Assembly (NCBI RefSeq): GCF_003018115.1
Contig: NZ_CP027457.1
Reading direction: 5' to 3' (one strand)
DNA from: Escherichia coli
GTDB lineage: Bacteria; Pseudomonadota; Gammaproteobacteria; Enterobacterales; Enterobacteriaceae
Length of the DNA: 64,000 nt
Shown: in pieces, positions 53,657-64,000 of the stretch
How the letters are laid out: each line of letters opens with the position of its first letter
Position numbering within the stretch: position 1 is the first letter of the stretch
Notes under the pieces: model-generated
The model's input: only the letters and a program-made list of their open reading frames with translations
Database searches by the model: none
Told to the model about the DNA's origin: nothing
Position numbers and translations under genes: made by a program

Positions 53657-56071
53657 TCACCCCGCAAACTGCCTGAACAGCGCCTTACCCTTAACCAGTC
53701 TCGCGCCCAGCCAGCCGCCGAAAAGCGACAGCAGCAGCGCACCGCAGCACGGCAGAACAATCCACAATCGCCAGTCTGGCTCCCACGGGAAATCAAACAC
53801 TTTCGCCTGCAACACTGCCAGCGCCGTTTCCGCACCAATTGCGGCCACCAGGCCAGAAACAAACCCAAGCATGGCGAACTCGCACCACAATGTCGTGCGC
53901 AGCAGTTTTTTCCCCGCACCGAGTGTGCGCCACACCACCAGCTCCTGATGACGCTGACGCATTCCCACCTGCACCTGTGCCAGCAACAGCAACATACCGC
54001 AGGCGGTGACCAGCACCACCATCACCTCCAGCGCCCGACTTACCTGCTCCAGCACCTGACCGACCTGTTTTAAAATCGCGCCAATGTCTAACAGGCTAAT
54101 GGTCGGGAACTGGCGGTTGAGTTGCGTCAACATGCCGTTGCCATTCTCCCAGCGGAAACTGGTAAGCCAGCTCTGCGGTTGCCCGTCTAATGCCCCTTCC
54201 GGGAAAATAAAATAGAAATTAGGCCGCAAACTTTCCCAGTCCACTTTGCGCAGGCTGGTCACTTTAGCGCGGAACTCCTGGGTATCGCCCATAAAAGTCA
54301 CGGTATCTCCGAGGGTAACGTTTAAGCGTTTCGCCAGCCCCTCTTCCATCGACACTTCATCAGCTTTTGGCGGCCAGTTACCGGCGACAATCGGATTATG
54401 ATCGGGCCGCGTATTTTGCCAGGTAAGATTGAGTTCGCGGTTGAGCGCCTCATCTTCATTGCCTTCTGTCGGCTTGCCGTTAATCGCCGTCAGCCGCGCT
54501 CGCACCACCGGATAAAACGATTCCGGGACTATCTGATGTTCCGCGAGGAACGCTTTTAGCGGCGTAACCTGTTCTGTGGCGATGTTGATTAAAAAGTAGT
54601 TCGGGCTTTCTGGCGGTAGCTGTTGTTGCCAGCGGTCTAGCAGATCGCCACGCAACACCAGCAGCAGCGCCAGCAGCATAAAGGAGAGCGAAAAAGCTGA
54701 AAGCTGGCTTAACGTTGACCACGGCTGACGTAACAGGCGGCTAACCGCCAGGCGCAGAGGCAGCGATTTCAGCGTCATGCGGCGAAGTACATTCAGCAGC
54801 ATCCAGCCCAGCACACCGCACAGCAAAGCCAGTACTACCGCGCCCGCCAGCACCGCCCAGAGCAGCATACTGCCGCCCATTAATCCGGCAAGCAGCAGCA
54901 CAACCACCACACTGACAATCGGCAGATAAAACTTCAGCGGCCAGACGTTCGCTACCACATCATTACGTAATACGCGTAAAGGCTGCGTTGCCAGCAACAA
55001 GCGGTACGGTCGTAGCCCCACCAGCAGCGAGATGACTGTCATGGTGCCAAGCGCCCACAGCCACGGCCAGAGACTGGCAGGCGGTAGTGCAGCAGGCAGA
55101 ACGGGCTTGAGCAGCACCATCAACACGTTTTCGAACAACAGGCCTATCGCCCCACCGGTAACGGCTGAAAGCGCCAGCACCATCAACCACTGACCGACGA
55201 TTAGCTTACGCAGTTGCGCTCGCCCTGCCCCCAGCGTTTTGAGGATCGCCACCAGATCGTAGCGACTGCGACAGTAATGATTCATCGCTACCGCCACTGC
55301 TGCCACTGCCAGCAGCAAGGTCAGAAGCGCCGAAAGCAGCAGGAACTGTTGCGAGCGTTCCATCGATCGCCCCAGCGCGCCTTCGTCCTGTTCCAGACCG
55401 TACCAGCGTTGTTCGGGTTTAAGCTGAGGTAACAACCATTTCTCATAGCTGTCGAGCTGGTTCTCGCTGCCGCCGAATTTATAGCGCCAGGTGACCCGAC
55501 TCCCCGGCTGCACGGCTCCGGTTTTATCGACATCCGCCAGATTCATCATCAGACGCGGAGCCATCTGGAAGGGGTTAAAACCGGAATCCGGTTCCTGAAT
55601 CACTTCTCCGGCAATCCGCAAGGTGGCATCGCCCACGTCAATGGTGTCGCCCGTTTTCAGGTTAAGCAGTGCCATCAGGCGTGGGGCCAGCAATACGCTG
55701 CCCGCCTGCGGTTTCAGGCCAGGGGGATTGGTTTGCAGATCGCCATACATCGGGTAGATATCATCCACCGCTTTGACGTTCGCCAGCTGCGGTGTGTCGC
55801 CTGCAAATGTCATGGTGGCGAAAGTCAGCTGCTTGCCGACTTTCAGGCCGCGCTTTTGCGCTTCCTCCAGCCACGCTTGCGGCACTTCGCGCGAACTGCG
55901 CAACGCCCGATCGCCCGACATAAACTCCCGGCTTTGCTGGCTTAAGCCCTTCTCCATGCGATCGCTGATATTGCCCAGCGCCAGCACGCAGGCCACCGCC
56001 AGGCTTAGCGCCAGCCAGACAATTAATAACGACGGCGAGCGCCATTCGCGCCAGAACCAACGTGCAATCAT
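53657..56071 (-). CDS. ybbP: ABC transporter permease (FtsX-like, duplicated), YbbP
   Basis: 804-aa polytopic protein, 4-nt overlap with the upstream ATPase gene. Confidence 0.9.
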   Translation of the reverse strand: MIARWFWREWRSPSLLIVWLALSLAVACVLALGNISDRMEKGLSQQSREFMSGDRALRSSREVPQAWLEEAQKRGLKVGKQLTFATMTFAGDTPQLANVKAVDDIYPMYGDLQTNPPGLKPQAGSVLLAPRLMALLNLKTGDTIDVGDATLRIAGEVIQEPDSGFNPFQMAPRLMMNLADVDKTGAVQPGSRVTWRYKFGGSENQLDSYEKWLLPQLKPEQRWYGLEQDEGALGRSMERSQQFLLLSALLTLLLAVAAVAVAMNHYCRSRYDLVAILKTLGAGRAQLRKLIVGQWLMVLALSAVTGGAIGLLFENVLMVLLKPVLPAALPPASLWPWLWALGTMTVISLLVGLRPYRLLLATQPLRVLRNDVVANVWPLKFYLPIVSVVVVLLLAGLMGGSMLLWAVLAGAVVLALLCGVLGWMLLNVLRRMTLKSLPLRLAVSRLLRQPWSTLSQLSAFSLSFMLLALLLVLRGDLLDRWQQQLPPESPNYFLINIATEQVTPLKAFLAEHQIVPESFYPVVRARLTAINGKPTEGNEDEALNRELNLTWQNTRPDHNPIVAGNWPPKADEVSMEEGLAKRLNVTLGDTVTFMGDTQEFRAKVTSLRKVDWESLRPNFYFIFPEGALDGQPQSWLTSFRWENGNGMLTQLNRQFPTISLLDIGAILKQVGQVLEQVSRALEVMVVLVTACGMLLLLAQVQVGMRQRHQELVVWRTLGAGKKLLRTTLWCEFAMLGFVSGLVAAIGAETALAVLQAKVFDFPWEPDWRLWIVLPCCGALLLSLFGGWLGARLVKGKALFRQFAG

Positions 56072-56754
56072 GCTTCCTCCTGCAACTGCCCGTTCACCAG
56101 CCGTAAGCAGCGGTCGCAGCGTGCCGCCAGTTGCAGGTCGTGGGTCACCATAATCAACGTGGTGCCATGCTCACGGTTGAGGGAAAACAGCAGGTCGGCA
56201 ATTTTATCACCCGTCTGGCGGTCAAGGTTGCCGGTGGGTTCGTCGGCAAACAGCACATCAGGTCGACCGTTAAAGGCTCGTGCCAGCGCCACTCGTTGCT
56301 GTTCACCGCCGGAAAGCTGTGCCGGAAGATGATCCAGACGTTTACCCAGCCCTAACTGTTCGAGCAACGCTTTCGCTCCGTTACGACTTTCCGCGCTACT
56401 CTCACCGCGCAGCAGAGCCGGAAGCTCGACGTTTTCCAGCGCGTTAAGGGTAGGAATTAACATAAATGACTGAAAAACAAAGCCGACGTGCTTCGCGCGC
56501 AACTTTGCCCGCGCTTCTTCGTCCATATTATGTAGCGGTTGTCCCACCAGACTCACTTCGCCACTGCTGCCGTCATCAAGCCCGGCGAGGATCGCCAGCA
56601 AGGTTGACTTACCCGATCCCGACTCGCCCACCAGTGCGATGGTCTCGCCACGTTTGACAACCAGCTCAACTCCGGTGAGGATGGAGAGTTCATGCTCCCC
56701 CTGACCGACGGACTTCTTAAGATGATGAACTTCAACAATGTTTTCCGCTGGCAT
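56068..56754 (-). CDS. ybbA: ABC transporter ATP-binding protein YbbA
   Basis: Walker A (GESGSGKST), ABC signature (LSGGEQQR), Walker B (ILFADEPTGNLD). Confidence 0.9.
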   Translation of the reverse strand: MPAENIVEVHHLKKSVGQGEHELSILTGVELVVKRGETIALVGESGSGKSTLLAILAGLDDGSSGEVSLVGQPLHNMDEEARAKLRAKHVGFVFQSFMLIPTLNALENVELPALLRGESSAESRNGAKALLEQLGLGKRLDHLPAQLSGGEQQRVALARAFNGRPDVLFADEPTGNLDRQTGDKIADLLFSLNREHGTTLIMVTHDLQLAARCDRCLRLVNGQLQEEA

Positions 56755-57348
56755 TTGCCCTTCCTGTTCCTGGTCCTGTTAACCTTCCGTGCCGCCGCAG
56801 CGGACACGTTATTGATTCTGGGTGATAGCCTGAGCGCCGGGTATCGAATGTCTGCCAGCGCGGCCTGGCCTGCCTTGTTGAATGATAAGTGGCAGAGTAA
56901 AACGTCGGTAGTTAATGCCAGCATCAGCGGCGACACCTCGCAACAAGGGCTGGCGCGCCTTCCGGCTCTGCTGAAACAGCATCAGCCGCGTTGGGTGCTG
57001 GTTGAACTGGGCGGCAATGACGGTTTGCGTGGTTTTCAGCCACAGCAAACCGAGCAAACGCTGCGCCAGATTTTGCAGGATGTCAAAGCCGCCAACGCTG
57101 AACCATTGTTAATGCAAATACGTCTGCCTGCAAACTATGGTCGCCGTTATAATGAAGCCTTTAGCGCCATTTACCCCAAACTCGCCAAAGAGTTTGATGT
57201 TCCGCTGCTGCCCTTTTTTATGGAAGAGGTCTACCTCAAGCCACAATGGATGCAGGATGACGGTATTCATCCCAACCGCGACGCCCAGCCGTTTATTGCC
57301 GACTGGATGGCGAAGCAGTTGCAGCCTTTAGTAAATCATGACTCATAA
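56722..57348 (+). CDS. tesA: Acyl-CoA thioesterase I / lysophospholipase L1 (SGNH hydrolase)
   Basis: Translation from MMNFNNVFRWHLPFLFLVLLTFRAAAADTLLILGDSLSAGY... with GDSL motif. Confidence 0.92.
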   Translation: MMNFNNVFRWHLPFLFLVLLTFRAAAADTLLILGDSLSAGYRMSASAAWPALLNDKWQSKTSVVNASISGDTSQQGLARLPALLKQHQPRWVLVELGGNDGLRGFQPQQTEQTLRQILQDVKAANAEPLLMQIRLPANYGRRYNEAFSAIYPKLAKEFDVPLLPFFMEEVYLKPQWMQDDGIHPNRDAQPFIADWMAKQLQPLVNHDS

Positions 57349-58147
57349 AGCAACGGAGATCCTGACAGGTAAAGTTATGCAAAAATCGGTCTTAATTACC
57401 GGATGTTCCAGTGGAATTGGCCTGGAAAGCGCGCTCGAATTAAAACGCCAGGGTTTTCATGTGCTGGCAGGTTGCCGGAAACCGGATGATGTTGAGCGCA
57501 TGAACAGCATGGGATTTACCGGCGTGTTGATCGATCTGGATTCACCAGAAAGTGTTGATCGCGCAGCCGACGAGGTGATCGCCCTGACCGATAATTGTCT
57601 GTATGGGATCTTTAACAATGCCGGATTCGGCATGTATGGCCCCCTTTCCACCATCAGCCGTGCGCAGATGGAACAGCAGTTTTCCGCCAACTTTTTCGGC
57701 GCACACCAGCTCACCATGCGCCTGTTACCCGCGATGTTACCGCACGGTGAAGGGCGTATTGTGATGACATCATCGGTGATGGGATTAATCTCCACGCCGG
57801 GTCGTGGCGCTTACGCGGCCAGTAAATATGCGCTGGAGGCGTGGTCAGACGCGCTGCGCATGGAGCTACGCCACAGCGGAATTAAAGTCAGCCTGATCGA
57901 ACCCGGTCCCATTCGTACTCGCTTCACCGACAACGTCAACCAGACGCAAAGTGATAAACCAGTCGAAAATCCCGGCATCGCCGCCCGCTTTACGTTGGGA
58001 CCGGAAGCGGTGGTGGACAAAGTACGCCATGCTTTTATTAGCGAGAAGCCGAAGATGCGCTATCCGGTAACGCTGGTGACCTGGGCAGTAATGGTGCTTA
58101 AGCGCCTGCTGCCGGGGCGCGTGATGGACAAAATATTGCAGGGGTGA
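57338..58147 (+). CDS. ybbO: Short-chain dehydrogenase/reductase YbbO
   Basis: 269-aa SDR with N-terminal nucleotide-binding motif TGCSSGIG. Confidence 0.9.
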   Translation: MTHKATEILTGKVMQKSVLITGCSSGIGLESALELKRQGFHVLAGCRKPDDVERMNSMGFTGVLIDLDSPESVDRAADEVIALTDNCLYGIFNNAGFGMYGPLSTISRAQMEQQFSANFFGAHQLTMRLLPAMLPHGEGRIVMTSSVMGLISTPGRGAYAASKYALEAWSDALRMELRHSGIKVSLIEPGPIRTRFTDNVNQTQSDKPVENPGIAARFTLGPEAVVDKVRHAFISEKPKMRYPVTLVTWAVMVLKRLLPGRVMDKILQG

Positions 58148-58165
58148 GTTGAAGCGCGCGCTTAA

Positions 58166-59062
<897 letters not shown>

Positions 59063-59092
59063 TATTCCGTTGATCGGCACATGAACCACAAC

Positions 59093-59118
59093 GCCGGATG
59101 CGATGCTGCGCATCCGGC
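59093..59118. terminator. REP-type hairpin GCCGGATGCG-ATGC-TGCGCATCCGGC between convergent cnoX and fetB (likely bidirectional terminator)
   Basis: Perfect inverted repeat read directly. Confidence 0.5.
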
Positions 59119-59124
59119 ATCGCA

Positions 59125-59904
59125 TCATTTCTTCTTCAATTGCGTCACCACCAACTGGTGGCGCGAATTATAAAACTTACGATAGGTTAAATAGCAGGCA
59201 ATAATGGTCGACAAGCTGGCGGTTGAGAGCAGCATAAAGGTCACCATAATCTGATATTTAATCGCCTTCACCGGATCAATCCCGGCAAATATCAGCCCGG
59301 ACATCATTCCTGGTAAACTCACTAAGCCAACCGTTTTTGCTGAATCGACCGTCGGAATTAAAGCCGCGCGAATACTGTCGCGAATCAATATCGCTGAAGC
59401 CTGCTTCGGCGTCGCGCCAAGACTCAGTTTCTCCTGAATCTGTTGCTGTTCGCTAATGACCCGTTGCCCTAAATTGTTGTAACACAACCCCACCGCTACC
59501 ATGGCGTTACCGGCAATCATCCCGGCGATAGGGATCACCTGCATCGGGATAAATTCAATCGACCCTGAGAGAATCAGCACCGCCAGGGTAATTCCCGCCC
59601 CGACCGTAATGGCAATAAACGATGAGATAAAAGCTTTAGCAATATATTTACTGCGTTTTTGCGCGTTCCACGCCGCATTAAAGCAGATAAATAACACCAT
59701 CAATAATGTCAGGCTGGCATCATCCACGCTGAAAATATACTTCAGCACATAGCCAACAATAATCAGCTGAATTATCGCGCGCCCGACGCTCCAGAGAATA
59801 TCTTTCTCCAGCGCCAGTTTTTCTTTATGGCTAATTAAGATTGCCACCACTACCAGCATTAATGCCAGTGCTAATGATTCGTTAGTAATATTATGCGAGT
59901 TCAT
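59125..59904 (-). CDS. fetB: Iron export ABC permease FetB (YbbM)
   Basis: Polytopic membrane protein from MNSHNITNESLALALMLVV... Confidence 0.9.
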   Translation of the reverse strand: MNSHNITNESLALALMLVVVAILISHKEKLALEKDILWSVGRAIIQLIIVGYVLKYIFSVDDASLTLLMVLFICFNAAWNAQKRSKYIAKAFISSFIAITVGAGITLAVLILSGSIEFIPMQVIPIAGMIAGNAMVAVGLCYNNLGQRVISEQQQIQEKLSLGATPKQASAILIRDSIRAALIPTVDSAKTVGLVSLPGMMSGLIFAGIDPVKAIKYQIMVTFMLLSTASLSTIIACYLTYRKFYNSRHQLVVTQLKKK

Positions 59905-60568
59905 AGCGTGCTTCCTGCATTTCTCCGGCATGCGGTTGCAATGTAATCACTTTATCCGCATGATTAATTTCGACTTTATCGTGTGTCACCCACAGCACGG
60001 CAATATTTTGCTCGCGCACATAACGATGGATCATCTCATTAACGTTATGTTTATTACTTTCATCCAGCGCACTGGTGATTTCATCCAGCAATAAAACCTT
60101 CGGCATAAATTGCAGGTTACGAATCAGTGAGATGCGTTGTTTTTCACCACCAGATAGCTCGGCGATATTTTTCGTCAAAATGCTGTCCGGCAAGGCGAAG
60201 CGTTCGAGAAAATCGAGAAAAATGGCTGGGTCAGGCTGCCGGTTACGGATCTGCCAGGGAAAGATCAGATTATCGTATACCGTATCGCCAAACAGCGTCG
60301 GTGTCTGGGCGCAGTAAGAGACTTGCTGGCGGTAGATTTCTGGCTTTAGTGTGCTGACATCCTCACCTTCAAACAGTAACGTTCCGCTGGTTGGGCTGAT
60401 CAATGAAGCAACTATTTTTAGCAGCGTACTTTTGCCACAACCAGAAGGACCGGTAATTAACTTAAATTCGCCAGCACGCAGCGAAAAATTGATGTTATTA
60501 AGAATCTTCGTATCACCCGCCAGATATCCTACGTTTTGTAGCTGAAGCAAAGGACTATTTTCCTGCAT
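59891..60568 (-). CDS. fetA: Iron export ABC ATPase FetA (YbbL)
   Basis: Walker A GPSGCGKST, signature LSGGEKQR, Walker B LLLDEITSALD. Confidence 0.9.
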   Translation of the reverse strand: MQENSPLLQLQNVGYLAGDTKILNNINFSLRAGEFKLITGPSGCGKSTLLKIVASLISPTSGTLLFEGEDVSTLKPEIYRQQVSYCAQTPTLFGDTVYDNLIFPWQIRNRQPDPAIFLDFLERFALPDSILTKNIAELSGGEKQRISLIRNLQFMPKVLLLDEITSALDESNKHNVNEMIHRYVREQNIAVLWVTHDKVEINHADKVITLQPHAGEMQEARYELA

Positions 60569-60713
60569 CGCTGTTCCCTTTTTCTGATTTTTACTAAAAA
60601 CAGTTTATCCTTCGCAGGAATAAGGGGGAACTCTCTTTCAGTAATCAGGTATAATTTGTTTAATCAAGCAGCAATTTTGCTGATTATGGACGGTACAACA
60701 GGAGGTTTTTCCG

Positions 60714-61631
60714 ATGCTTATCTTTATCCCGATTCTCATTTTTGTCGCGCTGGTCATTGTCGGCGCGGGCGTCAAAATCGTGCCGCAGGGCTATCAATGG
60801 ACGGTAGAACGTTTTGGTCGCTATACCAAAACGTTACAGCCGGGGCTCAGTCTGGTGGTGCCGTTTATGGATCGCATTGGTCGCAAGATCAATATGATGG
60901 AGCAAGTGCTCGATATCCCTTCCCAGGAAGTTATCTCGAAAGATAACGCCAACGTTACCATCGACGCAGTCTGTTTTATTCAGGTGATTGACGCGCCGCG
61001 CGCTGCCTATGAAGTCAGCAATCTGGAGCTGGCGATCATCAACCTGACCATGACTAACATCCGTACCGTGTTGGGTTCAATGGAACTTGACGAAATGCTC
61101 TCTCAGCGCGACAGCATCAACTCACGCCTGCTGCGTATTGTCGATGAAGCCACCAACCCGTGGGGGATTAAAGTCACCCGTATTGAAATTCGCGACGTGC
61201 GCCCACCGGCAGAGCTTATCTCTTCAATGAACGCGCAGATGAAAGCGGAACGTACCAAACGCGCTTACATTCTTGAAGCGGAAGGGATCCGTCAGGCGGA
61301 AATCCTCAAAGCAGAAGGTGAAAAACAGTCGCAAATCCTGAAAGCGGAAGGCGAACGTCAGTCGGCGTTTTTACAGGCTGAAGCGCGTGAACGTTCCGCC
61401 GAAGCAGAAGCCCGCGCCACCAAAATGGTGTCTGAAGCTATCGCCTCCGGTGATATTCAGGCGGTGAACTACTTCGTAGCGCAGAAATACACCGAAGCGT
61501 TACAGCAGATCGGTTCCTCCAGTAACAGCAAAGTAGTGATGATGCCATTAGAGGCCAGCAGCCTGATGGGGTCGATTGCCGGGATTGCCGAGCTGGTGAA
61601 AGACAGTGCCAACAAACGGACTCAGCCATGA
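60714..61631 (+). CDS. qmcA: SPFH/stomatin-family protein QmcA
   Basis: 305-aa protein with N-terminal TM and SPFH domain. Confidence 0.92.
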   Translation: MLIFIPILIFVALVIVGAGVKIVPQGYQWTVERFGRYTKTLQPGLSLVVPFMDRIGRKINMMEQVLDIPSQEVISKDNANVTIDAVCFIQVIDAPRAAYEVSNLELAIINLTMTNIRTVLGSMELDEMLSQRDSINSRLLRIVDEATNPWGIKVTRIEIRDVRPPAELISSMNAQMKAERTKRAYILEAEGIRQAEILKAEGEKQSQILKAEGERQSAFLQAEARERSAEAEARATKMVSEAIASGDIQAVNYFVAQKYTEALQQIGSSSNSKVVMMPLEASSLMGSIAGIAELVKDSANKRTQP

Positions 61632-62080
61632 TGGAGTTAATGGTCGTTCATCCACATATTTTCTGGCTCAGTCTCGGCGGTTTGCTGCTGGCAGCCGAGA
61701 TGCTGGGCGGAAATGGTTATTTGTTGTGGAGCGGCGTGGCAGCGGTGATTACCGGCCTGGTAGTCTGGCTGGTGCCGCTGGGTTGGGAGTGGCAAGGGGT
61801 GATGTTTGCCATCCTGACGCTGCTCGCCGCCTGGCTGTGGTGGAAATGGTTGTCGCGGCGGGTGCGCGAACAAAAGCACAGCGATAGTCATTTAAACCAG
61901 CGCGGGCAGCAGCTGATTGGCCGACGTTTTGTGCTGGAATCTCCGCTGGTCAACGGGCGCGGTCATATGCGCGTCGGTGACAGTTCATGGCCTGTCAGCG
62001 CCAGCGAGGATCTCGGCGCAGGTACGCATGTTGAAGTCATTGCGATAGAAGGGATAACGCTGATCATCCGTGCGGTCATC

Positions 62081-62086
<6 letters not shown>
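61628..62086 (+). CDS. ybbJ: NfeD-like membrane protein YbbJ
   Basis: 152-aa protein, 4-nt overlap with qmcA (typical SPFH/NfeD pair). Confidence 0.9.
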
Positions 62087-62230
<144 letters not shown>

Positions 62231-62264
62231 TCCGCCATGTTAAATGTTAACTGGCATTGGCAAT

Positions 62265-62627
62265 TTACTCTTCCCGGCCTTTACTCATACTTTTTTGGTC
62301 TTCATCCGGATAGTGTTTTTTTAGATATTCCAGGACGTTTTTATTGACCTTGTGTTGGGTATACACCCACCCTTTCCAGTAATCAGGCTGGTCCAGGTAA
62401 ACTTCTGGCGGAATGGTGAAATCAGAAAGCGTTAACCATTCGGCTAACAGATCGGGGTTTCGTTTCTGGATCAACTGCAACAGCATAATCAGCGACATGG
62501 CAGAGGCAGGAGCCGTACTATCGCCGCTTAAATACTTCCACACTGTCGACCGGTTCGAACGAAAAAGGATCGGTAGCAATGCCCGGTCCAGATTCATTTC
62601 ATTAAAAATCTTCTCAAATTCATTCAT
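62265..62627 (-). CDS. Hypothetical 120-aa protein
   Basis: ORF in AT-rich DNA; no recognisable family. It is not CueR, which I would expect next to ybbJ in K-12. Confidence 0.45.
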   Translation of the reverse strand: MNEFEKIFNEMNLDRALLPILFRSNRSTVWKYLSGDSTAPASAMSLIMLLQLIQKRNPDLLAEWLTLSDFTIPPEVYLDQPDYWKGWVYTQHKVNKNVLEYLKKHYPDEDQKSMSKGREE

Positions 62628-62993
62628 TTAAATTTTCCTGCCTGGCGTAAACCTCTTAAAAATTGAGATTTATCAAAGAAACGTATTTTAGCACACATCA
62701 GGAACCGCTTCACGTTTAGTCCAGAAACAGAATTTATTTCGCTTATCAAAACAAGTCTTTACTCTTTTTTACATTGAAAGAGCACGAAATAATTTCCTTT
62801 TTTATTTATATAAGAAACCATTTTTGTTTCTTATTGGTGATGTTTACGCTTACACCAGACAAAAATGCGCTTTACATCACACAAATGGCGGCGTAGATTT
62901 CGATTAAATTGCAACGTAGTTTATTTCTTAAAACAATATTATTTGTTTCTTATAGAAACATTAATACGACTTATTTTGAACAAGAGAAAATGA

Positions 62994-64000
62994 ATGAAAA
63001 CTGTAAACGTAGCTTTACTGGCACTCATAATTTCAGCAACATCCAGCCCTGTTGTTTTAGCTGGTGATACCATTGAAGCGGCGGCAACAGAGCTTTCAGC
63101 CATTAACTCTGGCATGTCGCAATCGGAGATTGAGCAGAAGATTACCCGCTTTTTAGAACGCACAGACAACAGCCCCGCTGCGTATACCTATTTGACTGAA
63201 CATCACTACATCCCTTCTGAAACACCTGATACCACTCAGACTCCCACTGTCCAGACAGATCCTGACGCAGGACAAAAAACCGTTGCCGCTACAGGTGATG
63301 TACAGACAACTGCTCGTTATCAGAGCATGATCAACGCCCGACAGTCTGCGGTAACTGACGCCCAGCAAACGCAAATTACAGAGCAACAGGCGCAGATCGT
63401 AGCCACACAAAAAACGCTCGCCGCGACTGGAGATACGCAAAATACCGCGCATTATCAGGAGATGATTAATGCCAGACTGGCGGCTCAAAATGAGGCTAAT
63501 CAGCGCACTACCACTGAACAAGGGCAGAAAATGAATGCGCTGACAACCGATGTGGCAGTACAACAGCAAAATGAAAGGACTCAATACGATAAACAAATAC
63601 AAAGTCTGGCGCAGGAGTCTGCCCAGGCACATGAACAAATTGACAGCCTGTCACAAGACGTAACCCAAACGCACCAACAGTTAACCAACACCCAAAAACG
63701 GGTTGCAGATAACAGCCAGCAAATTAACACGCTCAACAACCATTTCAGTTCGCTAAAAAACGAAGTTGATGACAATCGTAAAGAAGCCAATGCGGGAACT
63801 GCATCTGCCATCGCTATCGCCTCACAACCACAGGTTAAAACCGGTGACGTGATGATGGTGTCAGCGGGAGCGGGAACCTTCAACGGTGAATCTGCGGTGT
63901 CTGTAGGAACATCTTTTAATGCCGGAACGCATACCGTGATTAAAGCCGGTGTCTCTGCAGATACACAATCTGATTTCGGCGCGGGTGTCGGCGTGGGATA
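62994..64000 (+). CDS. YadA-like trimeric autotransporter adhesin (signal peptide, coiled-coil repeats, start of the C-terminal membrane anchor); 3' end beyond the window
   Basis: MKTVNVALLALIISATSSPVVLAGD signal peptide; Q/T-rich heptad repeats (ATGDVQTTARYQSMINARQ / ATGDTQNTAHYQEMINARL); anchor-like ...GTASAIAIASQPQ...GDVMMVSAGAGTFNGESAVSVGTSFNA...; open to the window end. Confidence 0.7.
   Translation, partial: MKTVNVALLALIISATSSPVVLAGDTIEAAATELSAINSGMSQSEIEQKITRFLERTDNSPAAYTYLTEHHYIPSETPDTTQTPTVQTDPDAGQKTVAATGDVQTTARYQSMINARQSAVTDAQQTQITEQQAQIVATQKTLAATGDTQNTAHYQEMINARLAAQNEANQRTTTEQGQKMNALTTDVAVQQQNERTQYDKQIQSLAQESAQAHEQIDSLSQDVTQTHQQLTNTQKRVADNSQQINTLNNHFSSLKNEVDDNRKEANAGTASAIAIASQPQVKTGDVMMVSAGAGTFNGESAVSVGTSFNAGTHTVIKAGVSADTQSDFGAGVGVG

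Overview
This window looks like Escherichia coli chromosome, in reverse orientation relative to the K-12 map as I recall it. Positions 1-12934 are the integrase-proximal arm of a lambdoid prophage integrated at tRNA-Arg(UCU) argU (DLP12-type). It carries a partial serine recombinase (ybcK-like), emrE, lambda-like ren, P and O with ori iterons inside O, a cro/cII-like pair, a cI-like repressor, a probable N-like antiterminator, the Red genes gam-bet-exo, several small early ORFs, a TraR/DksA-like zinc finger, xis and int. The rest is core chromosome: fimZ, the sfm fimbrial operon, folD, ybcJ, ybcI, cysS, ppiB, lpxH, purEK, the ybcF-ylbF-ylbE-fdrA cluster, the allantoin/glyoxylate regulon, selU, an Rhs element (rhsD with C-terminal tip and probable immunity gene), ybbP/ybbA, tesA, ybbO, cnoX, fetAB, qmcA and ybbJ. 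The right end is an AT-rich accessory segment with a partial YadA-like trimeric autotransporter. The strongest candidate for an undescribed system is an AT-rich two-gene module (5822-7372) sitting exactly where lambda carries rexA-rexB: a 340-aa soluble protein plus a 168-aa four-helix membrane protein with no similarity to RexA/RexB that I can recognise. All identifications rest on reading the translations and on recalled family knowledge; no database search was run. I found no CRISPR array and no rRNA gene.
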